Below are positions 17,464 through 26,462 of a stretch of 30,573 nucleotides of DNA, piece after piece. A model generated the notes under the pieces. That model saw only the letters and a list, made by a program, of their open reading frames with translations. It was not told where the DNA came from and searched no databases. The first letter of the stretch is position 1, and each line of letters opens with the position of its first letter. The stretch comes from Clostridia bacterium (lineage in GTDB: Bacteria > Bacillota > Clostridia > UMGS1883), in the NCBI GenBank assembly GCA_051866635.1, contig JBJDXJ010000047.1, forward strand, positions 1-30,573, written 5' to 3'. Both the position numbers and the translations under genes were made by a program.

Positions 17464-18414
17464 ATGAACTGGGGAATAAGTCTTATAATAGCCTTTATTA
17501 TAACGAGCGTTGTTACACCTTTGCTCATTCCTTTTTTAAGAAAACTAAAGTTCGGTCAGACAATTTTAGAGGATGGACCCATATGGCATTCAAAAAAGCA
17601 GGGTACACCTACTATGGGTGGATTGGCGTTCATCCTTGCAATTGCCGCCGCAACACTACTTGTATCACGGGATAAGTATGCACTTTATGTTGTTGTATCA
17701 GGTTTGCTTTTCGGTGCGGTTGGATTTATTGACGACTATATTAAAGTTGTAAAGAAAAGAAATAAAGGCTTTTCCGCCGCAGCAAAATTCCTTTGCCAGA
17801 CACTTTGTGCTGTTATCTTGGCGATTTTCGCCTTTTTGGAGGGTTTAACTGAAATAAGAATTCCCTTTGTTTCGGGTGTATTTAATATCGGCGTACTTAT
17901 TATTCCCTTTACGGCATTTGTATTTTTGGCAACTGTAAACAGTGTCAATCTTACAGACGGTATTGACGGCTTGGCATCAAGCGTAAGCTGTGTGTGTGCA
18001 CTTTTCTTTATGGCGGCTGCCGTAAAGCTGGGGAACGGTGCGGTAAGCGTTGTGTTAGGAGCAACAATAGGCGGACTTCTTGGATTTTTGATATATAATT
18101 TTTTCCCGGCAAAGGTATTTATGGGCGATACAGGTTCACTGTTCTTAGGCGGTATATTGTCCGGTGCGGCAGTTGTACTGGGAATGGAATTTTTCCTTAT
18201 TATTGCAGGATTTGTATTCCTCAGTGAAACAATGAGCGATATTATACAGGTTAGTTATTATAAAAAGACAAAAAAGAGAATTTTTAAAATGGCTCCGCTT
18301 CATCACCACTTTGAAATGTGTGGTTGGAAGGAAACAAAAATTGTGGGCATATTTACGCTTGTAACAGCCATTTTGTGTGCTGTTTGTTATTTGGGATTAA
18401 TTGTGAAAGGATAA
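17464..18414 (+). CDS. mraY: Phospho-MurNAc-pentapeptide transferase
   Basis: 'KQGTPTMGG', 'GFIDDY', 'NLTDGIDGL', 'FMGDTGS', 'MAPLHHHFE'. Confidence 0.97.
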   Translation: MNWGISLIIAFIITSVVTPLLIPFLRKLKFGQTILEDGPIWHSKKQGTPTMGGLAFILAIAAATLLVSRDKYALYVVVSGLLFGAVGFIDDYIKVVKKRNKGFSAAAKFLCQTLCAVILAIFAFLEGLTEIRIPFVSGVFNIGVLIIPFTAFVFLATVNSVNLTDGIDGLASSVSCVCALFFMAAAVKLGNGAVSVVLGATIGGLLGFLIYNFFPAKVFMGDTGSLFLGGILSGAAVVLGMEFFLIIAGFVFLSETMSDIIQVSYYKKTKKRIFKMAPLHHHFEMCGWKETKIVGIFTLVTAILCAVCYLGLIVKG

Positions 18415-18420
18415 TTTCTG

Positions 18421-19581
18421 ATGGCTAAAAAGGTTCAGGACAATGTTGTAGCACTGAAGACAAAAAAAGAAAAAGGAAGCATAGATGTGGACTTTACCCT
18501 TTTGTTTTGTATTCTTTTGCTTCTTATGTTGGGGCTGACTATGGTGTTTTCCACGTCCAGTGCCGCAAATATGATGTCGGGAGATGTATACGACCCCATT
18601 ATAAAACAGGCCCTTTTATCATTCGTTGGTCTTATACTTATGTTTATAGTTTCAAGGCTTGACTACAGATATTTGAAGCCTTTTACAACACTTATGTATC
18701 TTTTTATACTGGGCGTAATGCTGATGGTTGGTATTTGGGGTGTTGCATCCCACGGTGCTGTAAGACAGATTAGCTTAGGACCATTGGGTAGTATTCAGCC
18801 TTCGGAATTTTCCAAGTATTTTATGATTTTATGGCTTGCAATGCGTTTTTCCTCCATGTCAAAGGCAAAGCTTAACACATGGCGTGAGTTTTTGATAACC
18901 GTTGGCGGTGTTGGCTTTGTTGTTATGGAATGTATTGTACTTCAGCGTCACGCATCAGGTGCAATCATCCACCTTTTGGTAGGTGTTGCAATGATTGTGG
19001 CGGCAGGCGTTGACTGGAAAAAGCTTATACCCGTTGGATTGATAGGCTGTGGTGCACTTGTTGCCATTATCCTTACAACGGATTTCCGTACAGACAGAAT
19101 TACAAGTTACTTCCACCGAGGAGCCGACCTTCAGGGTGCAGACTGGCAGTCTACACAGTCATTATACGCTGTAGGAAGCGGCGGATTATTCGGTCTGGGA
19201 CTTGGTAACAGCAGGCAAAAGTACTCCTACCTTCCCGAAGCGGAAAACGACTATATTTTTGCAATTGTTTGCGAAGAGTTGGGATTTATAGGTGCACTTT
19301 TAATTATTATTATTTTCTGCATTGTAATCTGGCGTGGCATAAGCATTGCACTTAATTGCCGCGATGCTTTCGGTACTTATGCGGCTTTCGGAATTACTGT
19401 ACTTATAGGTTTTCAGGTACTTATAAATATGTGTGTTGTGTTGCACCTTATTCCTTCTACAGGTATGCAGTTGCCACTGTTTTCTTCGGGCGGTTCCAGT
19501 GTTATAGCCGTCCTGGGCGGATTCGGGATATTGCTATCTATATCACGCGAAAACATAAAAAACTCCAAGGGAGGGGTTTAA
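18421..19581 (+). CDS. ftsW: SEDS peptidoglycan polymerase (FtsW/SpoVE)
   Basis: 'IQPSEFSK', 'GSGGLFGLG', 'LPEAENDYIF', 'EELGF', 'LPLFSSGGSS'. Confidence 0.92.
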   Translation: MAKKVQDNVVALKTKKEKGSIDVDFTLLFCILLLLMLGLTMVFSTSSAANMMSGDVYDPIIKQALLSFVGLILMFIVSRLDYRYLKPFTTLMYLFILGVMLMVGIWGVASHGAVRQISLGPLGSIQPSEFSKYFMILWLAMRFSSMSKAKLNTWREFLITVGGVGFVVMECIVLQRHASGAIIHLLVGVAMIVAAGVDWKKLIPVGLIGCGALVAIILTTDFRTDRITSYFHRGADLQGADWQSTQSLYAVGSGGLFGLGLGNSRQKYSYLPEAENDYIFAIVCEELGFIGALLIIIIFCIVIWRGISIALNCRDAFGTYAAFGITVLIGFQVLINMCVVLHLIPSTGMQLPLFSSGGSSVIAVLGGFGILLSISRENIKNSKGGV

Positions 19582-20688
19582 ATGAGAGTATTGTTAACAG
19601 GGGGAGGCACTGCGGGGCATATTAACCCTGCTGTTGCCGTAGCAAAATATATTCAGAATAAAGAGCCTGAAAGTGAGTTCCTTTTTATCGGCACGGAGCG
19701 TGGTTTGGAAAAAACTTTGGTGCCAAAGGAGGGCTTTCCCATTGAGTTTGTAAAGGTAATGGGATTAAGGCGTAAAATTACTCTTGAAAACTTAAAGGTT
19801 TTAAAGGAATTTGTAACAAGTAAAATCGAAGCCGGCAAAATTGTTGACAGATTTAAGCCCGATATTGTTATAGCCACCGGTGGGTATGCGTGCACACCTG
19901 CGGTTTATGCGGCAAAGAAAAGAAATATTCCCGTGATTATACACGAGCAGAATGTATATCCCGGTCTTGCCATAAAGATGCTCAGCAAAAAGGCGGATAT
20001 TACTGCCATAAGTTTTCCCGAAACGGAAAAATTACTTGAAGCTAAAGCATGTGCCCTTACGGGTAACCCCTTAAGACCGAACCTTTTTGAAAAAACTGAC
20101 AGGGAAGAAGTTTTGAATGAGTACGGCTTTGACGACAAGCCTATTGTGCTTTTCTTCGGAGGTTCTTTAGGTGCGGAGAGAATGAACGATGCCCTTATAG
20201 GCATGATTGAAAAAGGGTTTGACTCCTTTAACCTTATTGCGGCAACAGGCGAAAAGCATTACGAGGGCATAAAGGGCAGGCTTAAAGAAAAAAATGTTGA
20301 TATTGACAATATGAAAAACCTTGCACTTTTGCCCTATATTTACAACATGAATTCTGTTTTGGGAAATGCTTCCCTTGCAGTGTGTCGTGCAGGTGCAATT
20401 ACAATAAGTGAATTGAACGCTTTGGGTAAGGCATCTATCCTTATACCAAGCCCCTATGTTGCTCACAATCATCAGGAGCAGAATGCCCGTTATCTTGAAG
20501 AATGTGGAGCGGCAAAGATACTTTTGGAAAGCGAGCTTTCGGAGGATGCACTTTTAAATAGCATAACTTCCCTTCTTTCAGACCCTGATGAACTTAATAA
20601 AATGTGTGAAAATTCGGAAAAAATGGGACAGAAGAATGCCTGCGAAAAAATTTATCAGCTTGTTTTAAGGCTGACTGAAGAAGGGTAA
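19582..20688 (+). CDS. murG: Lipid II synthase (GlcNAc transferase)
   Basis: 'GGGTAGHINP', 'HEQN', 'GNPLR', 'GGSLGA', 'RAGAITISEL', 'HQEQNA'. Confidence 0.96.
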   Translation: MRVLLTGGGTAGHINPAVAVAKYIQNKEPESEFLFIGTERGLEKTLVPKEGFPIEFVKVMGLRRKITLENLKVLKEFVTSKIEAGKIVDRFKPDIVIATGGYACTPAVYAAKKRNIPVIIHEQNVYPGLAIKMLSKKADITAISFPETEKLLEAKACALTGNPLRPNLFEKTDREEVLNEYGFDDKPIVLFFGGSLGAERMNDALIGMIEKGFDSFNLIAATGEKHYEGIKGRLKEKNVDIDNMKNLALLPYIYNMNSVLGNASLAVCRAGAITISELNALGKASILIPSPYVAHNHQEQNARYLEECGAAKILLESELSEDALLNSITSLLSDPDELNKMCENSEKMGQKNACEKIYQLVLRLTEEG

Positions 20689-20690
20689 AT

Positions 20691-20740
20691 GACAAGAAAG
20701 AGACCTTCTGCATAGTATGTAGTGTATATTTGCAGGAGGT
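20691..20740 (+). promoter_or_regulatory. Putative sigma-E/K-type promoter with an RBS-sequestering hairpin before murA
   Basis: GACAA (20691-20695)-N15-CATAGTAT (20711-20718); ACCTTCTGCA (20703-20712) pairs with TGCAGGAGGT (20731-20740), which contains the RBS. Confidence 0.55.
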
Positions 20741-20747
20741 GTAGCAT

Positions 20748-21995
20748 TTGAAATACGTTATCAGAGGAGGAAAACCCTTGGAGGGCGTTGTCCGTGTACA
20801 GGGGGCGAAAAACAGTGTGTTGCCGATTTTAGCGGCAAGTATTTTATCCTCGGATAAATGCGAAATTTACGATTGTCCCCATCTTAAGGATGTGGATATA
20901 ACGCTTGAAATTCTACGTAATTTAGGATGCAGTGCCCTGTGGGAGGATGACTGTGTTGTTGTGGATTCCTCAATGGCATTTTCATGGGAAATCCCGGAGG
21001 ATTTAATGCACAGCTTACGCAGCTCCATTGTTTTTTTAGGTGCTGTGACCATGAAAATGGGCAGAGCCAGGGTTTCCATGCCCGGAGGATGCCTTTTGGG
21101 GGCAAGACCTATAGACTTGCACCTTAAGGCTTTAAAACAGCTTGGGATAAAAGTTACGGAGGATGCGGGATTTATTGAAACAGATGCCTCCGGTGCCCAT
21201 GCCGCAAATGTGCATCTGGCGTTTCCAAGTGTAGGTGCTACTGAAAATACCATACTTGCGGCTGTTAAAATAAAAGGCGACAGCGTAATAACAAATGCCG
21301 CCCGTGAGCCTGAAATTGTAGATTTGGTCAATTTCTTAAACGCCATGGGTGCGAAAATTGAAGGTGAAGGGTCGGGAACCATACATATACATGGCGTTCC
21401 ATCCCTAAAGGGTATAAGCTACAGAATTATACCTGACAGAATTTGTGCCGCAACTTTTATGTGTGCGGCAATGGCATCTGGCGGTGAAATAGAAATAGAA
21501 AACGTTAAGGCAAATCACTTAACCGCCATAACAAACGAATTGAGAGAAGAAGGAGCACGCATTGAGTTTTTCGGTGACCGTGGATATATCCGTGCACCGA
21601 GGAAAATAAAAAGTGCTTCTGTTATAAAAACAATGCCTTATCCCGGATTCCCCACAGATGCTCAATCGGTGTTTATGCCCCATTTGATAAAGGCGGATGG
21701 AACCAGCGTAATTGTAGAAAACATTTTTGAAAACAGGTTTAAAATAGTTTCCGATTTGTGCCTTATGGGTGCGGATATTGTCACAGAAGGCAGAAGTGCT
21801 GTAATACGTGGAGGACGAAAGCTTAAAGGTGCTCATGTATATGCACCTGACCTTCGTGGCGGTGCCGCACTTATTTTAGCGGCTCTTTCGGCACAGGGGG
21901 AAAGTATTGTGGAGGATACGGGTCATATTGAGAGAGGATACGAAAAGATTGCCGAGAACTTACTTGGGCTTAAAGCAGATATAAGGGTGGAATAA
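20748..21995 (+). CDS. murA: UDP-GlcNAc 1-carboxyvinyltransferase
   Basis: 'GAKNSVLPIL', 'PGGCLLGARPIDLH' (catalytic Cys), 'SVGATEN', 'YPGFPTD', 'DLRGGAAL', 'RGYE'; TTG start. Confidence 0.95.
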   Translation: MKYVIRGGKPLEGVVRVQGAKNSVLPILAASILSSDKCEIYDCPHLKDVDITLEILRNLGCSALWEDDCVVVDSSMAFSWEIPEDLMHSLRSSIVFLGAVTMKMGRARVSMPGGCLLGARPIDLHLKALKQLGIKVTEDAGFIETDASGAHAANVHLAFPSVGATENTILAAVKIKGDSVITNAAREPEIVDLVNFLNAMGAKIEGEGSGTIHIHGVPSLKGISYRIIPDRICAATFMCAAMASGGEIEIENVKANHLTAITNELREEGARIEFFGDRGYIRAPRKIKSASVIKTMPYPGFPTDAQSVFMPHLIKADGTSVIVENIFENRFKIVSDLCLMGADIVTEGRSAVIRGGRKLKGAHVYAPDLRGGAALILAALSAQGESIVEDTGHIERGYEKIAENLLGLKADIRVE

Positions 21996-21998
21996 AAA

Positions 21999-22751
21999 AT
22001 GGATGAAAAGAAACGTAGAAGAAGAAAAAGACGTAGGGTTAACCCCGGGTGCCTGTTGTCTTTTGTGATGCTTGTTCTGGCGGCAGTTGTTTTGTTTTTA
22101 ACTCCGCTTTTTGAAGTGGATAGGATTGTGGTTAAGGGAAATTCCAGAATAAGCAGTGAGGTTCTTATAGATGCGTCGGAGATTACTGAAGGAAAAAATA
22201 TTTTTATGGCAAATACCTCCCTTGCGGAAAAAAACATAAGAAACGTTCAATATGTTGACAGTGTTAAGGTGAAAAGGATTTTGCCGGGAAAAATTGAAAT
22301 CCGCGTTACGGAGGGCGTTGTTGCAGGATATATAAATTGCGAAGACAGCTTTGTGGGAATAAGCCTTCAGGGAAAGACGCTTTGTTTTATTGACAAGGCG
22401 TCTTATGAAGGAAATGTCCCCATTATATACGGCTTGAGCGTGAAGGAGGACGTTTTGGGAAGCGAGATTGTTGTAAATGAAAAGAAAAACTATAAGGTTG
22501 CAATGACCCTTTTAAATGAGTTTAGTGAAAATGATATGCTTATGCATATTACACATCTTGATGTTACAAACGCAAACAATATTGCTTTCCGTTATGGGGA
22601 AAACCTTAAGGTTGAGCTGGGGGATATGAGCGATGTGGACTATAAGTTTTCACATTTGGTAGAAATTATTAATTATTTAGGCGAAAATCCGTCGGGGTTA
22701 ATCAATATGAAAAACACCGATAATATATCCTACAGACAGTCAATAGAGTGA
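21999..22751 (+). CDS. ftsQ: Cell division protein FtsQ/DivIB
   Basis: Basic N-tail, one TM helix, POTRA domain ('F.VDRIVVKGN', 'VKVKRILPGKIEIRVTE'). Confidence 0.88.
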   Translation: MDEKKRRRRKRRRVNPGCLLSFVMLVLAAVVLFLTPLFEVDRIVVKGNSRISSEVLIDASEITEGKNIFMANTSLAEKNIRNVQYVDSVKVKRILPGKIEIRVTEGVVAGYINCEDSFVGISLQGKTLCFIDKASYEGNVPIIYGLSVKEDVLGSEIVVNEKKNYKVAMTLLNEFSENDMLMHITHLDVTNANNIAFRYGENLKVELGDMSDVDYKFSHLVEIINYLGENPSGLINMKNTDNISYRQSIE

Positions 22752-22777
22752 AAAAACAAAAAAAATAAAATATTTGC

Positions 22778-22806
22778 TTGAATATGAAAAAACATTGTGT
22801 TATAAT
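22778..22806 (+). promoter_or_regulatory. Sigma-A promoter of ftsZ
   Basis: TTGAAT (22778-22783)-N17-TATAAT (22801-22806), extended TG, upstream A-tract. Confidence 0.75.
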
Positions 22807-22860
22807 AAAGTAAATATAATGAAAAATAATGTATTTTTATGAATTAAGGGGGCTTTCCTT

Positions 22861-23922
22861 ATGAGAATGGAATATGCGGATACAATGGATCTTGCACAGA
22901 AGTTAAAGGTTGTAGGCGTTGGCGGCGGCGGTAACAATGCTGTTAACAGAATGATTGAAGCAGGTATTAAGGGTGTTGAATTTGTTTGTGTTAACACAGA
23001 CAAGCAGGCACTTCTTCGCAGTCAGGCTGAACAGAAAATTCAGCTTGGGGACAAGCTTACAGGAGGCAAGGGTGCCGGCGGTAAGGCAGAAATAGGCAAA
23101 AAGGCCGCTGAAGAAACAAGAAATGAAGTTGAACAGGCTATTAAGGATGCTGACATGGTATTCGTTGCCGCAGGTATGGGTGGCGGTACAGGTACAGGTG
23201 CGGCTCCAATTGTAGCAGGTATTGCAAAGGAGCTTGGTATCCTTACAGTAGGTATCGTTACAAAGCCCTTCGCTTTTGAAGGTAAAAAGAGAATGACACA
23301 GGCTCTTCAGGGTATTGAAGAACTCCGTAAGAATGTTGATACGTTAATTGTTATTCCCAATGACAGACTTTTGGACATATCCAACAGCAAGACAAGCCTT
23401 ATGGACGCTTTCAAGACAGCTGACGAAGTTTTACGTCAGGGTGTTCAGGGTATTTCAGACCTTATCACTGATACAGGTCTTATCAACGTTGACTTTGCCG
23501 ACGTAACAACTGTTATGAAGGGTGCAGGCTATGCACATATGGGTATCGGTTCTGCTAAGGGTGAAGACCGTGCAGAAGTTGCCGCTAAGGCCGCTGTTGA
23601 AAGTGCACTTCTGGAAACAACTATCGATGGTGCTACAGGCGTACTTATTAACATCACAGGCGGTGCTAACCTTAACCTTCTTGAAACAAATGCCGCAGCT
23701 CAGCTTATTGAAGACAGAGTCAGCGAAGATGCTACTGTTATCTTCGGTGCTTCTATTGATGAATCTCTTGATGATGAAATCAGAATTACTGTTATTGCAA
23801 CAGGTCTTGACGGCGAAGGCACAAACACGGTTAAGAGCGAAAGTAAAAGTGCAGAGGACAATTTCTTTGCTTCTTTGATGAAGAACGAAGATACAATTGA
23901 AGTTCCCAACTTTTTAAAGTAA
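22861..23922 (+). CDS. ftsZ: Cell division GTPase FtsZ
   Basis: '[10 protein letters not shown]', tubulin signature GGGTGTG, 'INVDFADV', C-terminal 'IEVPNFLK'. Confidence 0.98.
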   Translation: MRMEYADTMDLAQKLKVVGVGGGGNNAVNRMIEAGIKGVEFVCVNTDKQALLRSQAEQKIQLGDKLTGGKGAGGKAEIGKKAAEETRNEVEQAIKDADMVFVAAGMGGGTGTGAAPIVAGIAKELGILTVGIVTKPFAFEGKKRMTQALQGIEELRKNVDTLIVIPNDRLLDISNSKTSLMDAFKTADEVLRQGVQGISDLITDTGLINVDFADVTTVMKGAGYAHMGIGSAKGEDRAEVAAKAAVESALLETTIDGATGVLINITGGANLNLLETNAAAQLIEDRVSEDATVIFGASIDESLDDEIRITVIATGLDGEGTNTVKSESKSAEDNFFASLMKNEDTIEVPNFLK

Positions 23923-23932
23923 TTTAAAATTT

Positions 23933-24009
23933 AAAAGCGGTTTCCCCTATGGTACGTATAGTGAAGGTTAGTACTTTTACCTGTGTATCATAAAGGAAAT
24001 CGCTTTTTT
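23933..24009 (+). terminator. Long rod-like hairpin with U-tract after ftsZ
   Basis: Three helices (13+11+8 bp) spanning 23933-24007, ending in TTTTTT. Confidence 0.65.
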
Positions 24010-24039
24010 CGTTATATCCTATTGAAAGGTGGAAGCATT

Positions 24040-24852
24040 ATGAAAGACAAAATGCTTGTTTTAGACATAGACGGAACACTTACAAATTCCAAAAAGGAAA
24101 TAACAAGTGCCACAAAGGAAGCTATAACAAAGGTTCTTAAAATGGGGCATGCAGTTGTAATTGCATCGGGAAGACCTACACCCGGCACAAAAAAAGTGTG
24201 TGTGGAATTAAATCTTAGCCGATATAACGGCTATGTGTTAAGCTACAACGGTGCAAAAATTACAAAGCTTTCCGACAACAGCGTTGTATACCAGAAGGTT
24301 CTGGAAAATAAGTTTGTGGGCGAAATTTATGACTATGTAATTAAAAATGACATGGGCATGATGACCTATGAAGAAAATGATGCCATTACTGGCACAAGAA
24401 TTGACAAATATATGGAATTAGAAGCAAGGATTAATTCCATCGGATTAAGAGAGGTTGAAAACTTTAAGGAATATGTCAATTTCCCCGTGAATAAATGTTT
24501 GTTGACGGCAGAGGATAATATAGCAAAATTACATTGTGAACATTTGGCACAAATCTACAAGGACAGCTTAAGTGTTTATCGCTCCGAACCTTTCTTTGTG
24601 GAAATTATGCCAAAGGGCGTTGACAAGGCAAATTCGCTGGAGGTTTTAAGACAAATTTTAAGTATTGAACGGGAAAACATAATCGCCTGCGGTGACGGGT
24701 TTAACGATTTGTCAATGATAAAATATGCAGGCGTTGGCGTTTGTATGAGTAACGGTGTCCCCGAGTGCAAAAAGGCGGCGGATTACATTGCACCGAGCAA
24801 TGACGAAGACGGACTTTGTGCTGTTGTTGAAAGATTTTTTACAAATGTTTAA
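24040..24852 (+). CDS. Cof-type HAD-IIB hydrolase
   Basis: 'DIDGTL', 'ASGR', 'NGA', 'GVDKA', 'GDGFNDLSM', 'SNDEDG'; ATG 24040 after AAAGGTGG. Confidence 0.92.
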   Translation: MKDKMLVLDIDGTLTNSKKEITSATKEAITKVLKMGHAVVIASGRPTPGTKKVCVELNLSRYNGYVLSYNGAKITKLSDNSVVYQKVLENKFVGEIYDYVIKNDMGMMTYEENDAITGTRIDKYMELEARINSIGLREVENFKEYVNFPVNKCLLTAEDNIAKLHCEHLAQIYKDSLSVYRSEPFFVEIMPKGVDKANSLEVLRQILSIERENIIACGDGFNDLSMIKYAGVGVCMSNGVPECKKAADYIAPSNDEDGLCAVVERFFTNV

Positions 24853-24924
24853 AAAGATGCAATAAGATGATATAAATTTGTTAACAATTGTATATTAGAC
24901 TGAGGCAAAGAAAGGGTGGTAGAT

Positions 24925-26349
24925 ATGTATAACGATGAAGAAAACAGAAACAATGAATTGGAAAATGTTGAAGAAAACACATTGAATGAAGCAGTAAATG
25001 AAGCAGTTAATGAAGCAGTTTCCCATGAGGAAGATGCAAAGAATATCGGCTTTACAAATGAATTCACATACGAAGAAGCCGCCAAAGAGGAGAAAAAAAA
25101 GAAGGGTATTTTAAAACCCATACTCATAACTGCACTTTGTGCTTGCGTTGCAGGTACAGTGTTCAGCTTTACAGCCGAATTTACCGAAGAAATTGCCTCA
25201 AATGCCGCAAAGAGAATAACAACAACACAGGAAGCCTTGAATAAAGACGAAGATGTGGAAGCGGCACTTTTAAGCTTTTCCGAATTTTCATCCTCTGACG
25301 GTGTGATGAGTGTGGAAAGCATTGCAGAGGCATGTCTTCCCAGTGTAGTTTCAATTACAAACAAGGGCGTAAGCGAAGTTATGACATTCTTCGGCAATTA
25401 CCAGATGGAGATGGAGTCATCAGGTTCGGGCATTATCATAGGCAAAAACGACAGCGAACTTCTGATTGTTACAAACTATCATGTTGTGGCAGACAGTAAG
25501 GAACTGACAGTTGTATTTTCCCACGATGAAGCATTGGCTCAGAAGGGTGACGATACTTATATGAACCATGCTCTTATAAAAGGCTACGATGCAGACAAGG
25601 ACGTTGCGGTTATTGCTGTAAAGCTCAGCGAAATTTCCGATGAAACAATGAGTAAGATAAGAATTGCAACAATCGGTGATTCCGACAACATAAAGCTTGG
25701 TAGCGGTGTTGTGGCAATCGGTAATGCCTTAGGCTATGGACAGAGCGTTACACACGGTATTATAAGTGCAATTGACCGTGAGGTTACAATGGAAGGCGTA
25801 AGTGGCGGTAAGATTACAAATGAATATATTCAGACAGATGCTGCAATTAACTCCGGTAACAGCGGTGGTGCACTTTTGAATATGAAGGGCGAGCTTATTG
25901 GCATTAACTCTGCTAAAATTTCCTCAACAGGTGTTGAGGGCATGGGCTATGCTATTCCCATAAGCGATGTTAAAGATTTGATAAATAATCTTATGAGCCT
26001 TAAGACACGTGATGTTGTTGATGAAGAAAACCGTGGCTACTTAGGTATTTACGGCTTTGATGTAACAAGCAGTGACTCAAAAAGATACGGTATGCCCGTA
26101 GGCGTATATGTACAGGAAGCTGCAGAAAATTCTCCCGCACAAAAGGGCGGAATTTGTGAAGGCGACATTATAGTCGCAATTGACAATGCTTCCGTAAGTA
26201 ACATGAGTGATTTACAGAACAGACTTGCCTATTATGAAGCAGGGGAAACTGCCAAGATTAAAGTTAAGAGAGTAAATGGCAGAGAGTACGAAGAAATCGA
26301 ATTGGAAGTAAAACTTGGTTCTAAAAGCGAGGCAGGAATAGAGGAATAA
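24925..26349 (+). CDS. htrA: HtrA/DegP-like membrane-anchored serine protease with PDZ domain
   Basis: 'SGSGII', 'TNYHVV', 'DVAVI', 'IQTDAAINSGNSGG', 'GYLGI' PDZ; acidic N-tail plus TM helix; alternative start GTG 24916. Confidence 0.92.
   Translation: MYNDEENRNNELENVEENTLNEAVNEAVNEAVSHEEDAKNIGFTNEFTYEEAAKEEKKKKGILKPILITALCACVAGTVFSFTAEFTEEIASNAAKRITTTQEALNKDEDVEAALLSFSEFSSSDGVMSVESIAEACLPSVVSITNKGVSEVMTFFGNYQMEMESSGSGIIIGKNDSELLIVTNYHVVADSKELTVVFSHDEALAQKGDDTYMNHALIKGYDADKDVAVIAVKLSEISDETMSKIRIATIGDSDNIKLGSGVVAIGNALGYGQSVTHGIISAIDREVTMEGVSGGKITNEYIQTDAAINSGNSGGALLNMKGELIGINSAKISSTGVEGMGYAIPISDVKDLINNLMSLKTRDVVDEENRGYLGIYGFDVTSSDSKRYGMPVGVYVQEAAENSPAQKGGICEGDIIVAIDNASVSNMSDLQNRLAYYEAGETAKIKVKRVNGREYEEIELEVKLGSKSEAGIEE
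24985..25020 (+). repeat. 12-bp tandem repeat x3 encoding NEAV
   Basis: AATGAAGCAGTA AATGAAGCAGTT AATGAAGCAGTT. Confidence 0.9.
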
Positions 26350-26375
26350 AAAAAGCCCATTGGGCTTTTTTTATT
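26345..26375. terminator. Intrinsic (bidirectional-type) terminator after htrA
   Basis: AATAAAAAAAGCCC-ATT-GGGCTTTTTTTATT. Confidence 0.75.
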
Positions 26376-26405
26376 TGCAGAAAAGACTTAATACACCTTT
26401 TCATA

Positions 26406-26434
26406 TTGCAAATAGTGTTAAATAGAGGTATAAT
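26406..26434 (+). promoter_or_regulatory. Sigma-A promoter of the M42-hslO operon
   Basis: TTGCAA (26406-26411)-N17-TATAAT (26429-26434). Confidence 0.7.
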
Positions 26435-26462
26435 AAACGTATCAAATTATGGTGGTGAATTT

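Noticed and set aside
20748-21995. murA as a fosfomycin-resistant variant
   Set aside because: The catalytic Cys is retained (PGGCLLG)
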